A stretch of DNA of 50,065 nt from Infirmifilum sp. Its GTDB lineage: Archaea > Thermoproteota > Thermoprotei > Thermofilales > Thermofilaceae. A model generated the notes under the pieces. The model was given only the letters and a program-made list of their open reading frames with translations, made no database searches and was not told the DNA's origin. Below are positions 16,624 to 26,530 of this stretch, in pieces (the first letter of the stretch is position 1; each line of letters opens with the position of its first letter). The DNA is taken from assembly GCA_041287245.1 (NCBI GenBank), contig JBEULP010000042.1, positions 1-50,065 on the forward strand, read 5' to 3'. A program made the position numbers and the translations under genes.

Positions 16624-16896
16624 CTAGGATACCCGGGTTATCGAAAGCACATCGACTTGGCTTACTCCTGGAACATTGATCAAAATGCTTTCTACTTCTT
16701 CTGTGCCTCCTTCCGTCTCTTCTGGCATTAAAATAATCATGCGAAGAGCTTCCAACCCAAACGCTATGGGTTCCGCTTGGTACTGCGCGATCTGATATTT
16801 TTCCGGGAGACTCCCAGCTATCCTCTGATAAAGCACCTCAGGCTTTACGTCAGCATCGTCCGGTAAAACTCTAACAAGAATAGCTATCTTAGCCAT
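16624..16896 (-). CDS. ef1b: Translation elongation factor 1-beta
   Basis: RVLPDD, EPIAFGLEAL, EGGTEEVE. Confidence 0.95.
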   Translation of the reverse strand: MAKIAILVRVLPDDADVKPEVLYQRIAGSLPEKYQIAQYQAEPIAFGLEALRMIILMPEETEGGTEEVESILINVPGVSQVDVLSITRVS

Positions 16897-16905
16897 ACTC
16901 AACAC

Positions 16906-17085
16906 CTAAGGACCTCTAAATCCACACTTAGGACACACATAGGGATTACCCTGCCTTCTACACCTCTCGCAACGCCAAATGATTACTTCTCCGCACTGAG
17001 GACATCTAAAACTCGTGGCCTTCTCGAAAGGTGGAATCGGCCTTCCACATGAGGTACACTTTGGTAAAGCTAAAGCCTTTGCCAT
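16906..17085 (-). CDS. Small Zn-ribbon protein (DUF1610/HVO_2753-like)
   Basis: [37 protein letters not shown]; conserved neighbour of ef1b. Confidence 0.92.
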   Translation of the reverse strand: MAKALALPKCTSCGRPIPPFEKATSFRCPQCGEVIIWRCERCRRQGNPYVCPKCGFRGP

Positions 17086-17315
17086 ACGCGACGCCTTTTT
17101 AGAAGCTATACACTTCATTTAAATCTTTTTGCATAGCTGGGAACTCCCACTCTTTATGAGCGTGGAGGCTCGTGCAGCAATAGCCAGTTCTTATGTCTAA
17201 TGGGTGCACGTCTAAGCATTAATCAAACCCTGGACATACACGCGGCTAAGGACTGAGTGATGGTTAATGCTTGGCCCTTGAGACCCCAAAATACCGTTCA
17301 ATTAGACAAGATAGG

Positions 17316-17406
17316 CGGGCCCGCCGGGACTTGAACCCGGGACCTACGGCTATCCACACTTTTACCTTCCGCAGGCCGCCACGCTTCCTAGCTACGCCAC
17401 GGGCCC
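17316..17406 (-). tRNA. tRNA-Arg(GCG) with 17-nt intron at 37/38 (17352-17368)
   Basis: GGGCCCG/CGGGCCC acceptor, GCGGC-CTGCGG|intron|A-GCCGT, CCGGGTTCAAGTCCCGG. Confidence 0.93.
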
Positions 17407-17550
17407 TTTTACAAGGGTTTTTTGCTTTCATTTTTTCTATGGTTTGTTTTATTTAAGCCTTCTCTTATTCTTCTTGCGTGCATAGTCTTTTCAGGAGTAA
17501 TGTATACCCCAACAAATGCTTTTTAAATTGATCTTGTATACATATCTTGC

Positions 17551-18033
17551 ATGGCTAAGTGTGAACTGTGTGGTGTTGAGCTCAAAGGAGTGGCGTACCG
17601 TATAGTCCTAGATGGCGCTGAAATGCTAGTGTGCTCTCGCTGCGCGAGAGGAAAAACTGTTTTGGGGACAGTCCACCTGGGGATGGAGACTAGCACTCAC
17701 GCGGCGAAGCCTAGACCTGTTATAAAATCTTTGCCTAGTACTTATGAGGAAATAATAGTGGATGGATATGGCGAGCTCATTAGAAAGGCTAGGGAGAAAA
17801 TGGGTCTTACACGTGAGCTACTGGCTGTTATGGTTGGGGAGAAGGAATCCATTATTCGCCGAATAGAGGCTGAACAATTAGAGCCTTCTATAGAGCTAGC
17901 ACGAAAACTTGAGAAAGTATTAAAAATTAAGCTGGTTGAACGCTACGAAATAGATGATGAGGGATACGGCAGGAGCTCTTCTCTGGGCGGTTACGACGTT
18001 ACTCTGGGCGATATTGCGGAGTTTAAGGATTAA
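17551..18033 (+). CDS. mbf1: Archaeal multiprotein bridging factor 1
   Basis: CELCG..CSRC Zn ribbon plus HTH (IRKAREKMGLT..). Confidence 0.95.
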   Translation: MAKCELCGVELKGVAYRIVLDGAEMLVCSRCARGKTVLGTVHLGMETSTHAAKPRPVIKSLPSTYEEIIVDGYGELIRKAREKMGLTRELLAVMVGEKESIIRRIEAEQLEPSIELARKLEKVLKIKLVERYEIDDEGYGRSSSLGGYDVTLGDIAEFKD

Positions 18034-18035
18034 TT

Positions 18036-19274
18036 ATGCCTGAAAAAGTACTGCTCGTATTTCGCTTTGACACCACTGTTAACGATTCGCACGTCGAAGA
18101 GATGGTTGGGCTAGCACAGGCAGCTGGCTATGATGTTACTGGGACAGTTGTCCAGACAAGAGCCGAGGATTCAAAATATAACATAGGGGCGGGAAAAGTA
18201 GAGGAGCTCGGGAAAATTATTAAGGAGAAAGGCGCTACTAAAGTAATCTTCTATAACATGCTAAAGCCAAGCCAAGTCTACAACCTAAGGAAAGAGCTCA
18301 AAGTGGACGTTATAGACCGCTATGAGCTTATCCTTGAGATTTTTGCCAAGAGGGCAGGCAGTCGCGAGGCAAAGCTACAAATCGAGCTTGCAAAGCTTAA
18401 ACGAGAACTCAGCTTCGCACGCGAATATATTAACCTCTCAAAACGAGGAGAACTTCATGGCTTCCTGGGTGGTGGAAAGTATGCCGTCGACGCTTACTAC
18501 ACTTATGTGGCTAGGCGCATCTCCCTTATTGAGAGGAGTTTAGAAAAGATAAGACAGCAGAAAAACATGAGGTTTAGCCGGAGGGGTGAGGCAGGACTCT
18601 ACAGCGTGTCCCTTACGGGCTACACCTCCGCCGGGAAGTCTACCTTGTTCCAAAAGTTCACGCAGGAAGAAGTATATATTGACGGAAAACCTTTTGCTAC
18701 TCTCTCAACCCTTACAAGGAGAACCAAGCTTCTGGGCCACCCTGTGCTTATAACGGATACCATTGGGTTTATTGATAGCTTACCTGATCAGCTCGTAGAC
18801 GCCTTTTACACTACGCTTCAAGAGACAGTTTTCTCAGATGTTATAGTCCTCGTAGTGGATATCTCCGAGGATGCTAAAGAGGTTATAAGAAAATTTAACA
18901 CCAGCATCGATATTCTTTCATCGCTGGGCGTCTCCTTTAATAGGATAATAATCGCAGCCAATAAGATAGATTTGCTTGACGCTTCTCAGATCGAGAAAAG
19001 AGTAGAGGTGTTGGGAGCTAGCGGTTTTCCAGTTATTCCGATTTCGGCGAAAAAAGGAGTGGGGCTTTTCGAGCTCTCGCAGGCTATAATCTCTAAACTG
19101 CCTGATAAAAAGATAGAAAAGCTTGTGTTGAAACCAGGTAGCAGTAACCTTCTCTCAGAGGCTCTTAGAAAATGTAGAGTAATAGACATTTCAGAGGATG
19201 CGGATGGAAGCCTCAAAGTAATAGTCGAGGGTAGAGCGGAGACGATTGCACGGCTTAAAGCTAGGTGCCGTTGA
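18036..19274 (+). CDS. hflX: GTPase HflX
   Basis: LILEIFAKRA..EAKLQIELA, GYTSAGKS, FATL, DTIG, NKID. Confidence 0.96.
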   Translation: MPEKVLLVFRFDTTVNDSHVEEMVGLAQAAGYDVTGTVVQTRAEDSKYNIGAGKVEELGKIIKEKGATKVIFYNMLKPSQVYNLRKELKVDVIDRYELILEIFAKRAGSREAKLQIELAKLKRELSFAREYINLSKRGELHGFLGGGKYAVDAYYTYVARRISLIERSLEKIRQQKNMRFSRRGEAGLYSVSLTGYTSAGKSTLFQKFTQEEVYIDGKPFATLSTLTRRTKLLGHPVLITDTIGFIDSLPDQLVDAFYTTLQETVFSDVIVLVVDISEDAKEVIRKFNTSIDILSSLGVSFNRIIIAANKIDLLDASQIEKRVEVLGASGFPVIPISAKKGVGLFELSQAIISKLPDKKIEKLVLKPGSSNLLSEALRKCRVIDISEDADGSLKVIVEGRAETIARLKARCR

Positions 19275-19275
19275 G

Positions 19276-19830
19276 ATGCCACCTCGTTCCGTATATGTTC
19301 TCCGGATAGGCCACCGCCGGGTCCGGGACCATAGGGTTACAACCCATGTTGCCCTGGTAGCCAGGGCATTCGGGGCTGACGGAATCTTTCTCGAGAAACA
19401 TGTTGAAGAGTCTGTTGTGAGAACCGTCGCCAGAGTATGCGCGTCTTGGGGTGGGGATTTCAAGGTTGAGAAAGTTGAGAAGCCGCTAAGATTGATCGAG
19501 GAGTGGAGAAGTAAGGGTGGAGCGATTGTACACCTTACCATGTATGGCTTGAACATAGCTGATGGCAACGTTTTAAGCCTCGTGAAAACAATTAAAAACG
19601 ATCTCCTCGTGGTTGTGGGAGGCGAGAAAGTCCCCGGCGTTCTATTCGAGCTTGCTGATTATAATATAGCCGTTGGGAACCAGCCTCACAGCGAAGTCGC
19701 AGCGCTAGCCATTTTTCTTGACAGGATCTTCGATGGAAAAGAACTCCTAAAGAGCTTCCCGAATGCGCGAATATGGGTTGAGCCGTGCGCTAACTGTAAA
19801 AAAGTTCACCGTTTGGATCCCTCCCCTTAG
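19276..19830 (+). CDS. trm56: tRNA (cytidine56-2'-O)-methyltransferase
   Basis: LRIGHR..RDHRVTTHVALVARAFGA, HLTMYG, GNQPHSEVAALA. Confidence 0.96.
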   Translation: MPPRSVYVLRIGHRRVRDHRVTTHVALVARAFGADGIFLEKHVEESVVRTVARVCASWGGDFKVEKVEKPLRLIEEWRSKGGAIVHLTMYGLNIADGNVLSLVKTIKNDLLVVVGGEKVPGVLFELADYNIAVGNQPHSEVAALAIFLDRIFDGKELLKSFPNARIWVEPCANCKKVHRLDPSP

Positions 19831-19985
19831 ACTGGCGCGCGGAAAGCCACTGGGTTGCGAAATCTTTGGGAAAAAATAAGCCTAGCTTCCCTTAGGAAGA
19901 AGTGAGCACGCGCGAGGTATTTTTAAGAAAGTGTTTACAGATATTATCATGTGCTTTCACCTGCAGGTGCAGGTAGGGTGGTTCA

Positions 19986-20495
19986 ATGTCAGACGAGGAG
20001 GTTGCAGCAATACTAGCCCGAAAAATACATGGCGAACGCGCCGAACAAATCATTAGAATATTAGCCGAAAAAGTCGAGGTTTCCGACGAGGACATTGCGA
20101 AAGAACTTAACGTCGATGCTACTGAAATCAGGAGGATTCTCAATGAACTTTTCGAATCACGTCTTGTGAAGTATCGAAGAGCACGCGATGAAGTAATAGG
20201 CTGGTACAAGTACTTCTGGAGAATTACTGATGAACCTATAAGTAGGATATTGGAGGATAGGAGAAGATCATGTCTGACTCTTCTACAGAAAACCCTGGAG
20301 TACGAGAAAAGCACAGAGTTCTACATTTGCCCCAGTTGTCATAAGCGTTTTACCTCGATGGAGGCTGATGCTAACGGATACATCTGCGACGTTTGCGGTA
20401 GTATCCTCGACCCCTATGATAATTCACACATAATCTCCAAACTTGAAAAAGCAATAAGCCAGCTCCGAAGCTGGAATCCCGAGTCCTCTGAATAA
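19986..20495 (+). CDS. tfe: Transcription factor E alpha
   Basis: wHTH (SDEDIA..IRRILNEL..GWYKYFW) plus CPSC/CDVC Zn ribbon. Confidence 0.94.
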   Translation: MSDEEVAAILARKIHGERAEQIIRILAEKVEVSDEDIAKELNVDATEIRRILNELFESRLVKYRRARDEVIGWYKYFWRITDEPISRILEDRRRSCLTLLQKTLEYEKSTEFYICPSCHKRFTSMEADANGYICDVCGSILDPYDNSHIISKLEKAISQLRSWNPESSE

Positions 20496-20590
20496 ACTAA
20501 CGTGACAACGCATAGCCCACGTGTTATGCGAAGACCAATAGGAGACAAAACCTTTAAGCGTAAGGAGGTTGTCAAGGCATTGGAAAAGTT

Positions 20591-21064
20591 ATGAAAGATA
20601 AAAGCCTGCCAACACACCTTGAACTAAGGCAGCTTGAGTCTACATTATTCTACCAGCTTGGAGTCGAGATTAATCTTCAGAGCCACGCACATAGTATAAC
20701 TGTTATAAGATCTAGGAAAACGGGTAGAGTCAAACAGGTATATATTGGAGACAACCTGTTCGCTTCAATTCGTGCGAATGATGGTTTTGTAATACCCAGC
20801 CGGTGGGGCTGGGGTTTTTTAGCAACTAACTCCGACCTGCATTCTCTACCATACGTTGAGGTTCCAGAAGATATCACGAGTTTTATAGCAGAGGGAAAAA
20901 CACTATTTTCAAAACACGTCAAAGAGGCTAACAATGATATCCTCCCGGGGGACGAAGTGTGCATAATCAATGATCGTGGAGAAATCGTGGCTTCAGGTAA
21001 AGCGGTCCTCCCAGGCTGGGAAATGGGGAGAATAAAAAAAGGAAAAGCTGTAAAAACAAGGTAA
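20591..21064 (+). CDS. PUA-domain RNA-binding protein (TGT C-terminal-like)
   Basis: SRKTGRVK, GKTLFSKHV, PGDEV, GKAVKTR. Confidence 0.88.
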   Translation: MKDKSLPTHLELRQLESTLFYQLGVEINLQSHAHSITVIRSRKTGRVKQVYIGDNLFASIRANDGFVIPSRWGWGFLATNSDLHSLPYVEVPEDITSFIAEGKTLFSKHVKEANNDILPGDEVCIINDRGEIVASGKAVLPGWEMGRIKKGKAVKTR

Positions 21065-21087
21065 ATTGAACTCTAGTGCCGTAGGCG

Positions 21088-21441
21088 TTAAGGATTTTTC
21101 TGTAGAACTACATAGCGGAACTGGCGGCGGTTCTCGATCCTAGCATTAAACCTCTGTCTTAGAACATTCTCAATTTCCCGGTAGTAATACTGGTTGGTCA
21201 GCCAAGCGGGCGGACGCACTCTGGGGACAAGCCCACGGATAACGTTGATGTCGGAGGTGCGTTTCACATAGGAAACATACGCATACCTCAGAAGAGTACG
21301 AAGCTTTATTGAAAGCTGATTTGATTTTGTGGTAGAGATTAACTGGTCGACAACCAGTACAAGATGCTCGAGAAGTTTTTCCTTTTCTTCACGCACCCGA
21401 TTTTCCATACGAATCACAGGTTGGCTTTTAAACTTAATCAT
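21088..21441 (-). CDS. Small basic hypothetical protein
   Basis: Clean 117-aa ORF with TATA-like box upstream; Arg/Tyr-rich. Confidence 0.7.
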   Translation of the reverse strand: MIKFKSQPVIRMENRVREEKEKLLEHLVLVVDQLISTTKSNQLSIKLRTLLRYAYVSYVKRTSDINVIRGLVPRVRPPAWLTNQYYYREIENVLRQRFNARIENRRQFRYVVLQKNP

Positions 21442-21510
21442 TTATCCACGGAAAACTATATATATTTTTCGTGAATAAAAATTTTTTAATCGACTACTGA
21501 CGATTTCAGG

Positions 21511-21993
21511 TTAATCAAGATTTAAGCCTGCTTTCTTGAGAGCATCCAGCAGCTTGCTTCCATCAAGGCCTAAAATCCCTGCAATCTTATCTAGTCTCTT
21601 AGTAGAAGATTCTTTGGTGTACTGATCATCCGAATAAATTTTACTTGTTTGGCTATCCACTATCCGAAAAACCATGAAATAGCTCCTTGTCTTTCTAGTG
21701 TTTTTATCGCTAACCTCAACAGCAACAAGATATGTACCTCCGTGTTCAAGGGTAAACTCGAGTACTTTTGTATCTGCCATTCCGTGAGCTAGGTCGTTAA
21801 CGGATACCCCAATTAGAGGTGATACTAACAAGTCAAAATCCACATAGTCATCTTCGGTAAAGCCTCTGGTGGATTCAGGAGAGAGCGAGCGCACATCCCC
21901 GTGGGTAAGCGTGAATAGAAGAGACTTGACACTTAGCTTGACCGGTTTGGGATCGCTGGATTCTACTGTAAACTCAAACAATTTAAGCTTCAT
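21511..21993 (-). CDS. Hypothetical protein
   Basis: 160-aa ORF 8 nt downstream of the radical SAM gene, SD-like GGGG. Confidence 0.7.
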   Translation of the reverse strand: MKLKLFEFTVESSDPKPVKLSVKSLLFTLTHGDVRSLSPESTRGFTEDDYVDFDLLVSPLIGVSVNDLAHGMADTKVLEFTLEHGGTYLVAVEVSDKNTRKTRSYFMVFRIVDSQTSKIYSDDQYTKESSTKRLDKIAGILGLDGSKLLDALKKAGLNLD

Positions 21994-22001
21994 TGAACCC
22001 C

Positions 22002-23858
22002 CTACTCTTCAACTACAGGTATGCCGAACCTCTTTGATGCAAGGACATGCTGCTCGTAGGGTATGGCTTCTAGGTCAATAATACCTTGGTAGTGCCTCTT
22101 ATATGGTTCACCCGCGATAAGCTTCTTAATGTTTCTCTTATAGGCTATATCTTTAAGAGACTTGCCTGTCAATTTCTCCCAGTCAGATATAGAGTAGGAA
22201 AATGCCTTCTGCGCCCGATCCCTATAAAGGTCTGATAATACGTTGAAGGAGCAGAACGGAACTTGCCTTCCGTCTGGCATTATATAGTGAATGTCGCACC
22301 TCATCACCCTAGCCACGTCATGGTTATACAAATCCTGGAAGTGCATCATTCCCAGGAAGAGCGTATTGTAATGGAACTCACCAAGGCTCTCATAGTTATG
22401 CTTCACAAAGACCTCATACAGGATTCTGAGGAACCTGTTACCTTCTCTTAGCCTCTTAGGGGCCTTGCTGAGATCAACAAACCTTCTAAGCTTCCACGTA
22501 ACGTCTAATAAGACTAGATACTTGTTCTTCCCTTTTTCTAGCTCATCCGCCTTTTCATCCAGGTATGCAAGAAATTCGTCAACATTGACGAAGCGAGTAA
22601 TGGGTATAATCTCGCCGTCTTCCTGCCACACATAGGTGGCAGCTCCACAGGCAAAGTGTGTAGTGAAAGCTATCTGAGGCTTACCTGTCAAAGCTTCGAC
22701 GAATCGTGAAATAGGAACTACACTTGGTACTGGATACCAGTCTTCAACCTTGATCTGCCCATCGGTTTGCTGTTCAATTGCCTTTATTACATCTGGAATC
22801 GTAACGCGTTCTTTATCACGCTCCTTTCTAGGCATACGTCCTGTAATAGAGACAGGTTGGAAGTTTACCCCCCTAACAATATCGTTATGCAGCAGGCCAA
22901 ACTCGATAATCTTACCGGCTTCGCTTAAGTTATAGCTTTTCATAACAGTGGGAACCAAGACCGCCCCTAAACCTGCCTTCCTCAGGTTGTCTAGAGCATA
23001 AGGAACCTCCCAGTGATTCTTGGGATTTGTAAATGGAGAAACTCCGTCAAAGCTAAGGTAAACAACGTTTGTTCCAGCCTGTCTAACCTTCACAGCTAAG
23101 TCTGGATCAAAAGCCAATCGTATACCGTTTGTGTTTAACTGGATGTGTGTGAAGCCTTCCTCGCGAGCCATTTTAATTATATCAACCAAGTCTTCACGTA
23201 ATGTTGGCTCGCCACCAGTTAGCTGAATAGCAGGGGGCTTTACCGGCTCGCTTATCCTTGCCTGCCTCAACATGTATCGAATATGCTCCAGACTTGGCTC
23301 GTACACATACCCAGCTCTCGATGCATAGAAAAAGCAGTAAAAGCAGCTTAGGTCACACCTGTTAGTCAACACTATGTTGATGAGGGAAGCGTTCGACTTA
23401 TGTCTAGGGCAGACTCCACAATTATAGGGGCACAGGGCCGACAGTGGTACATGTGTAACGATATTTCCCTTTCCGTCACGCTGAAATGTTCGAAATCTTT
23501 CGTAAACTGCAGCATCTCCGAAGTACAGCTCTTCAAATTCGCCGTGTTCTGGGCAGACCTTCCGTATCCATACCTTTCCTTCCCGTTTGAATACAACCGC
23601 CGTAAGCAACGAATTGCATTCGGGACACGCGGATTGAGTGTACGTTATTAACTCCTCGTTCTCTCGCAGTTCAGGTCTCTTACCCAAATAGACCTTATAG
23701 TCAAGGCCAAGCTTAGGCATAAGAAGAGGCCGAATTTTCTCAGCGGTCTCCCTTATCTCCTCTAGAGAGGAGTTAAGAAGTAACTTATAATCAACTTTGG
23801 GCGTCTCATCTTTCTGAGAAACTTCTACACGAATGTCGGTCATAGATAATCCCTTCAC
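22002..23858 (-). CDS. tes: Tetraether lipid synthase Tes (GDGT macrocycle-forming radical SAM enzyme)
   Basis: TQSACPEC..KVCPEHG, CPYNCGVCPRH, CDLSCFYC, TGGEPT, VNFQP, RCDIHY..PFC. Confidence 0.9.
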   Translation of the reverse strand: MKGLSMTDIRVEVSQKDETPKVDYKLLLNSSLEEIRETAEKIRPLLMPKLGLDYKVYLGKRPELRENEELITYTQSACPECNSLLTAVVFKREGKVWIRKVCPEHGEFEELYFGDAAVYERFRTFQRDGKGNIVTHVPLSALCPYNCGVCPRHKSNASLINIVLTNRCDLSCFYCFFYASRAGYVYEPSLEHIRYMLRQARISEPVKPPAIQLTGGEPTLREDLVDIIKMAREEGFTHIQLNTNGIRLAFDPDLAVKVRQAGTNVVYLSFDGVSPFTNPKNHWEVPYALDNLRKAGLGAVLVPTVMKSYNLSEAGKIIEFGLLHNDIVRGVNFQPVSITGRMPRKERDKERVTIPDVIKAIEQQTDGQIKVEDWYPVPSVVPISRFVEALTGKPQIAFTTHFACGAATYVWQEDGEIIPITRFVNVDEFLAYLDEKADELEKGKNKYLVLLDVTWKLRRFVDLSKAPKRLREGNRFLRILYEVFVKHNYESLGEFHYNTLFLGMMHFQDLYNHDVARVMRCDIHYIMPDGRQVPFCSFNVLSDLYRDRAQKAFSYSISDWEKLTGKSLKDIAYKRNIKKLIAGEPYKRHYQGIIDLEAIPYEQHVLASKRFGIPVVEE

Positions 23859-23992
23859 ACGTATTGTGTTGTATTATTCCCTTAAGTTTTTTATAAATTT
23901 TGCTATTATGACATCGTCATTTTATAGGTACGGCATAAAACCCAGACTCTACCAGAGGAAAATGATGCTAAAACTTGCTTCGCTCGCGTCTT

Positions 23993-24568
23993 TTAGAACA
24001 GCTCTCTTAGTTTTTCCGCCGGGATTATTGGAAAACTATTTCTTAAAATATCTAGAGATTCTAAAAGCCTCTTCTCATCCTCTTCGGATAGCTTTAACCC
24101 TTCACTGGTTATTAAGTGATTCAAAGTATCAAGCAGTGTGTAAGCTTCAAGCTTCAACATCAATCTTTGACGCTCCAGCTTCTTCCTCTCTTTCAAGTAT
24201 TCCTCATAGCTTAGCTCCTTTAAAATGAGGTGGCGCTCGCCTAGAAGAAGCAACTCGTTTTTTATCTTTTTAAGTTCGTCTGCTATCTCCCATAACTTCT
24301 CAAGTATAGCTATAGCCCCCTCATCAGTATCATTCATGAGAATAATCTTTTTGCCGGATATGCGAAGCCTATCAGGAGATATCTCAAGAATATCTCCTGT
24401 AATACGTTTTACCACAACCTTCAGAGGTTGCTTAGTCTTCTTTGCAATGTAAATCTTCCAAATAATACCAATTTTAGAGCCACGTGCATCATAAACTTCT
24501 TTTTTAACGATTCTCTCAAGTAAACGTTTATCGTTTATTTCGCTGAGAACAACCCCTCTCATGGACAT
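23993..24568 (-). CDS. PRC-barrel plus CdvA-like coiled-coil protein
   Basis: KEVYDARGSKIG PRC start; RHLILKELSYEEY helix-turn motif. Confidence 0.65.
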   Translation of the reverse strand: MSMRGVVLSEINDKRLLERIVKKEVYDARGSKIGIIWKIYIAKKTKQPLKVVVKRITGDILEISPDRLRISGKKIILMNDTDEGAIAILEKLWEIADELKKIKNELLLLGERHLILKELSYEEYLKERKKLERQRLMLKLEAYTLLDTLNHLITSEGLKLSEEDEKRLLESLDILRNSFPIIPAEKLRELF

Positions 24569-24821
24569 CTATACATAGAAGACCAATTTTCTATTTAATA
24601 AAAGAAACAACACGATATTGCATAGAACAAAATTACGACAATCGTATTACAATCTTTAGCACCTGGCTTCCAGCCAGGCGCCCAATCATACGCGCAAAAT
24701 GAAAAGATATGATCAAAACATGTCCAAAGGTGGGCATCTATGCCTTCCCAGCTAATGATTCGAACGCTAATCTATTTAAAGTATAGTTGATATATCGATC
24801 GCAAAATCTAGGTGTGGGTAG

Positions 24822-25910
24822 ATGAATGGAGACACATATAGCCTAATATTATGGATGATCATATTAACTTTTTTCTCGTTTCTCACACAAGAGATGCAAA
24901 TTTTCCGGGCAATAAGTGAGGTTGAAAATTACCTAGTAATCTTTAGGAACGCTCGAGACAAATCCATTCATTTCCTCGCATCCCAGTTAAAACGCTACGG
25001 AGAAGTTAGTGATGAGAAGCAAATAGAGGCGGCGGTGTCCGACCTTGTTGAAACATACACTATATTACCTGTGGATTTGGATCCCTTCGGAATCGTAAAA
25101 AAGATCAAACATATTGTACAAACGGGTGAGAAGGGAGTAGAGGAGAAAATATCCCGGATTGCGCCGCGTGCCTCTAGAGCCGAAGTACAAAATTTGTCAA
25201 ACATAGTTGAAATCGCTCGAGCCCTCAACGTTATCTACAAACAACTTAACCACTACTACCTCATAGCTCGTAAGTTCAGGAGCCTTTGGCTCCTCATGCA
25301 ACTTAGCGCGCAAATGCCCTTTGTAATGGAAGAGGTGAAAGCCATTGAAGGAGCTCTCGAGTCGTTTTCGCACGGGGTACCAATAGGTGATTCTGCTGGT
25401 CCACTGTTGACAAGTTATCTTGTAAGGAAATACTCGTCAGACATAAAGCCCCTAGAGCCTGTAGCCGACACTGAAGTTTACAGACTAGACATCGATGGAA
25501 GAAAAATATATGTGGTGAAAGCTAAGGGGCCGGGAGGAACCGTGGGTCACCTAGACGAGGCGCTTCAATGGATTCTCGAACATGAAAAACCAACACATAT
25601 AATCACCGTTGACGCCGCCCTCAAATACGAGGGTGAGGAGTCAGGATCTCTCGCCTACGGTTACGGCGTTGCAATGGGAGGCATAGGGGCTGAAAGGTTT
25701 GTTATAGAGGAGCTTGCCACGAGGAACAATATTCCGTTATATGCACTACTAATAAAAATGTCAGAGGCGGAGGCACTTTCTGTAATGACTGAGAAAATAT
25801 ATAAAGGCGTTAAAAACGCCTTAACTGTAGTTGAGAACTTTATTAAATCTCTACCCGTAGGATCCGTCGTTGTACTGATAGGAGTTGGAAACACGGTGGG
25901 CGTGCCATGA
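24822..25910 (+). CDS. DUF1512 family protein
   Basis: PVDLDPFGIV, GVPIGDSAGP, KAKGPGG, VDAALKYEGE, IGVGNTVGV. Confidence 0.88.
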   Translation: MNGDTYSLILWMIILTFFSFLTQEMQIFRAISEVENYLVIFRNARDKSIHFLASQLKRYGEVSDEKQIEAAVSDLVETYTILPVDLDPFGIVKKIKHIVQTGEKGVEEKISRIAPRASRAEVQNLSNIVEIARALNVIYKQLNHYYLIARKFRSLWLLMQLSAQMPFVMEEVKAIEGALESFSHGVPIGDSAGPLLTSYLVRKYSSDIKPLEPVADTEVYRLDIDGRKIYVVKAKGPGGTVGHLDEALQWILEHEKPTHIITVDAALKYEGEESGSLAYGYGVAMGGIGAERFVIEELATRNNIPLYALLIKMSEAEALSVMTEKIYKGVKNALTVVENFIKSLPVGSVVVLIGVGNTVGVP

Positions 25911-26296
25911 GCGACATTATATCCCAGGTTAAAAGACAAAAACTTCCAATGTATATCTTGCTCCTTGTCGCAAGCGTTTTACTTACACTAGCGCTTCTCT
26001 ATTTTTACTTGAGGACAAGCGCAGATTCGTATCTCTCAGGAGCCATTCTTCTCATAATGATAGACGGCTACATCGCTTGGTCCTTTTACAAACTAGTAAC
26101 CATAAAATCCGAGAAAAAGAGGCTGATTTCTCACATTAGATGCGAAAACTGCGGCTATGAGTTTGACCGCGACTACAAGGAGGACGACTATCTCTTCAAA
26201 ATAGTTGACAACTGCCCAAAGTGCAACAACGGAAAACTTGTGGTAGAGGCAATCTTTCTCAGAATCGAAACCACGCGCACGGGCAAGCCCGAGTAA
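25907..26296 (+). CDS. Two-TM protein with C-terminal Zn ribbon
   Basis: 2 TM, CENC/CPKC, DYLFK, VEAIF; typical DUF1512 partner. Confidence 0.8.
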   Translation: MSDIISQVKRQKLPMYILLLVASVLLTLALLYFYLRTSADSYLSGAILLIMIDGYIAWSFYKLVTIKSEKKRLISHIRCENCGYEFDRDYKEDDYLFKIVDNCPKCNNGKLVVEAIFLRIETTRTGKPE

Positions 26297-26350
26297 ACAT
26301 GCAAAACTTTAAATTCGATAGCCACTTGCTATGAGGAGTAGGTGAAGGGA

Positions 26351-26530
26351 ATGGCGTATGTTCCAAAAACCCTAATGCTAGGCAGGTGCGTAAGGTGCGG
26401 CAAGAAAATATTCAAGGGAGATGAGTATTACTACTGCGAAAAATGCGGAGTTTCGTACTGCCCTACATGCGCGCAAAAAACCCACGGAAAATGCCAGATA
26501 TGCGGTAATTCACTGTCTAAGAGACCCTAA
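26351..26530 (+). CDS. Small Cys-rich Zn-finger protein
   Basis: Four CxxC pairs; SD GGTGA upstream. Confidence 0.8.
   Translation: MAYVPKTLMLGRCVRCGKKIFKGDEYYYCEKCGVSYCPTCAQKTHGKCQICGNSLSKRP

Noticed and set aside
17271..17456. 61-aa ORF
   Set aside because: Antisense to tRNA-Arg; shadow ORF.
20508..20530. CGCATAGC/GTTATGCG hairpin between tfe and the PUA gene as an H/ACA RNA
   Set aside because: No K-turn/K-loop and only a 3-bp lower stem; insufficient support.
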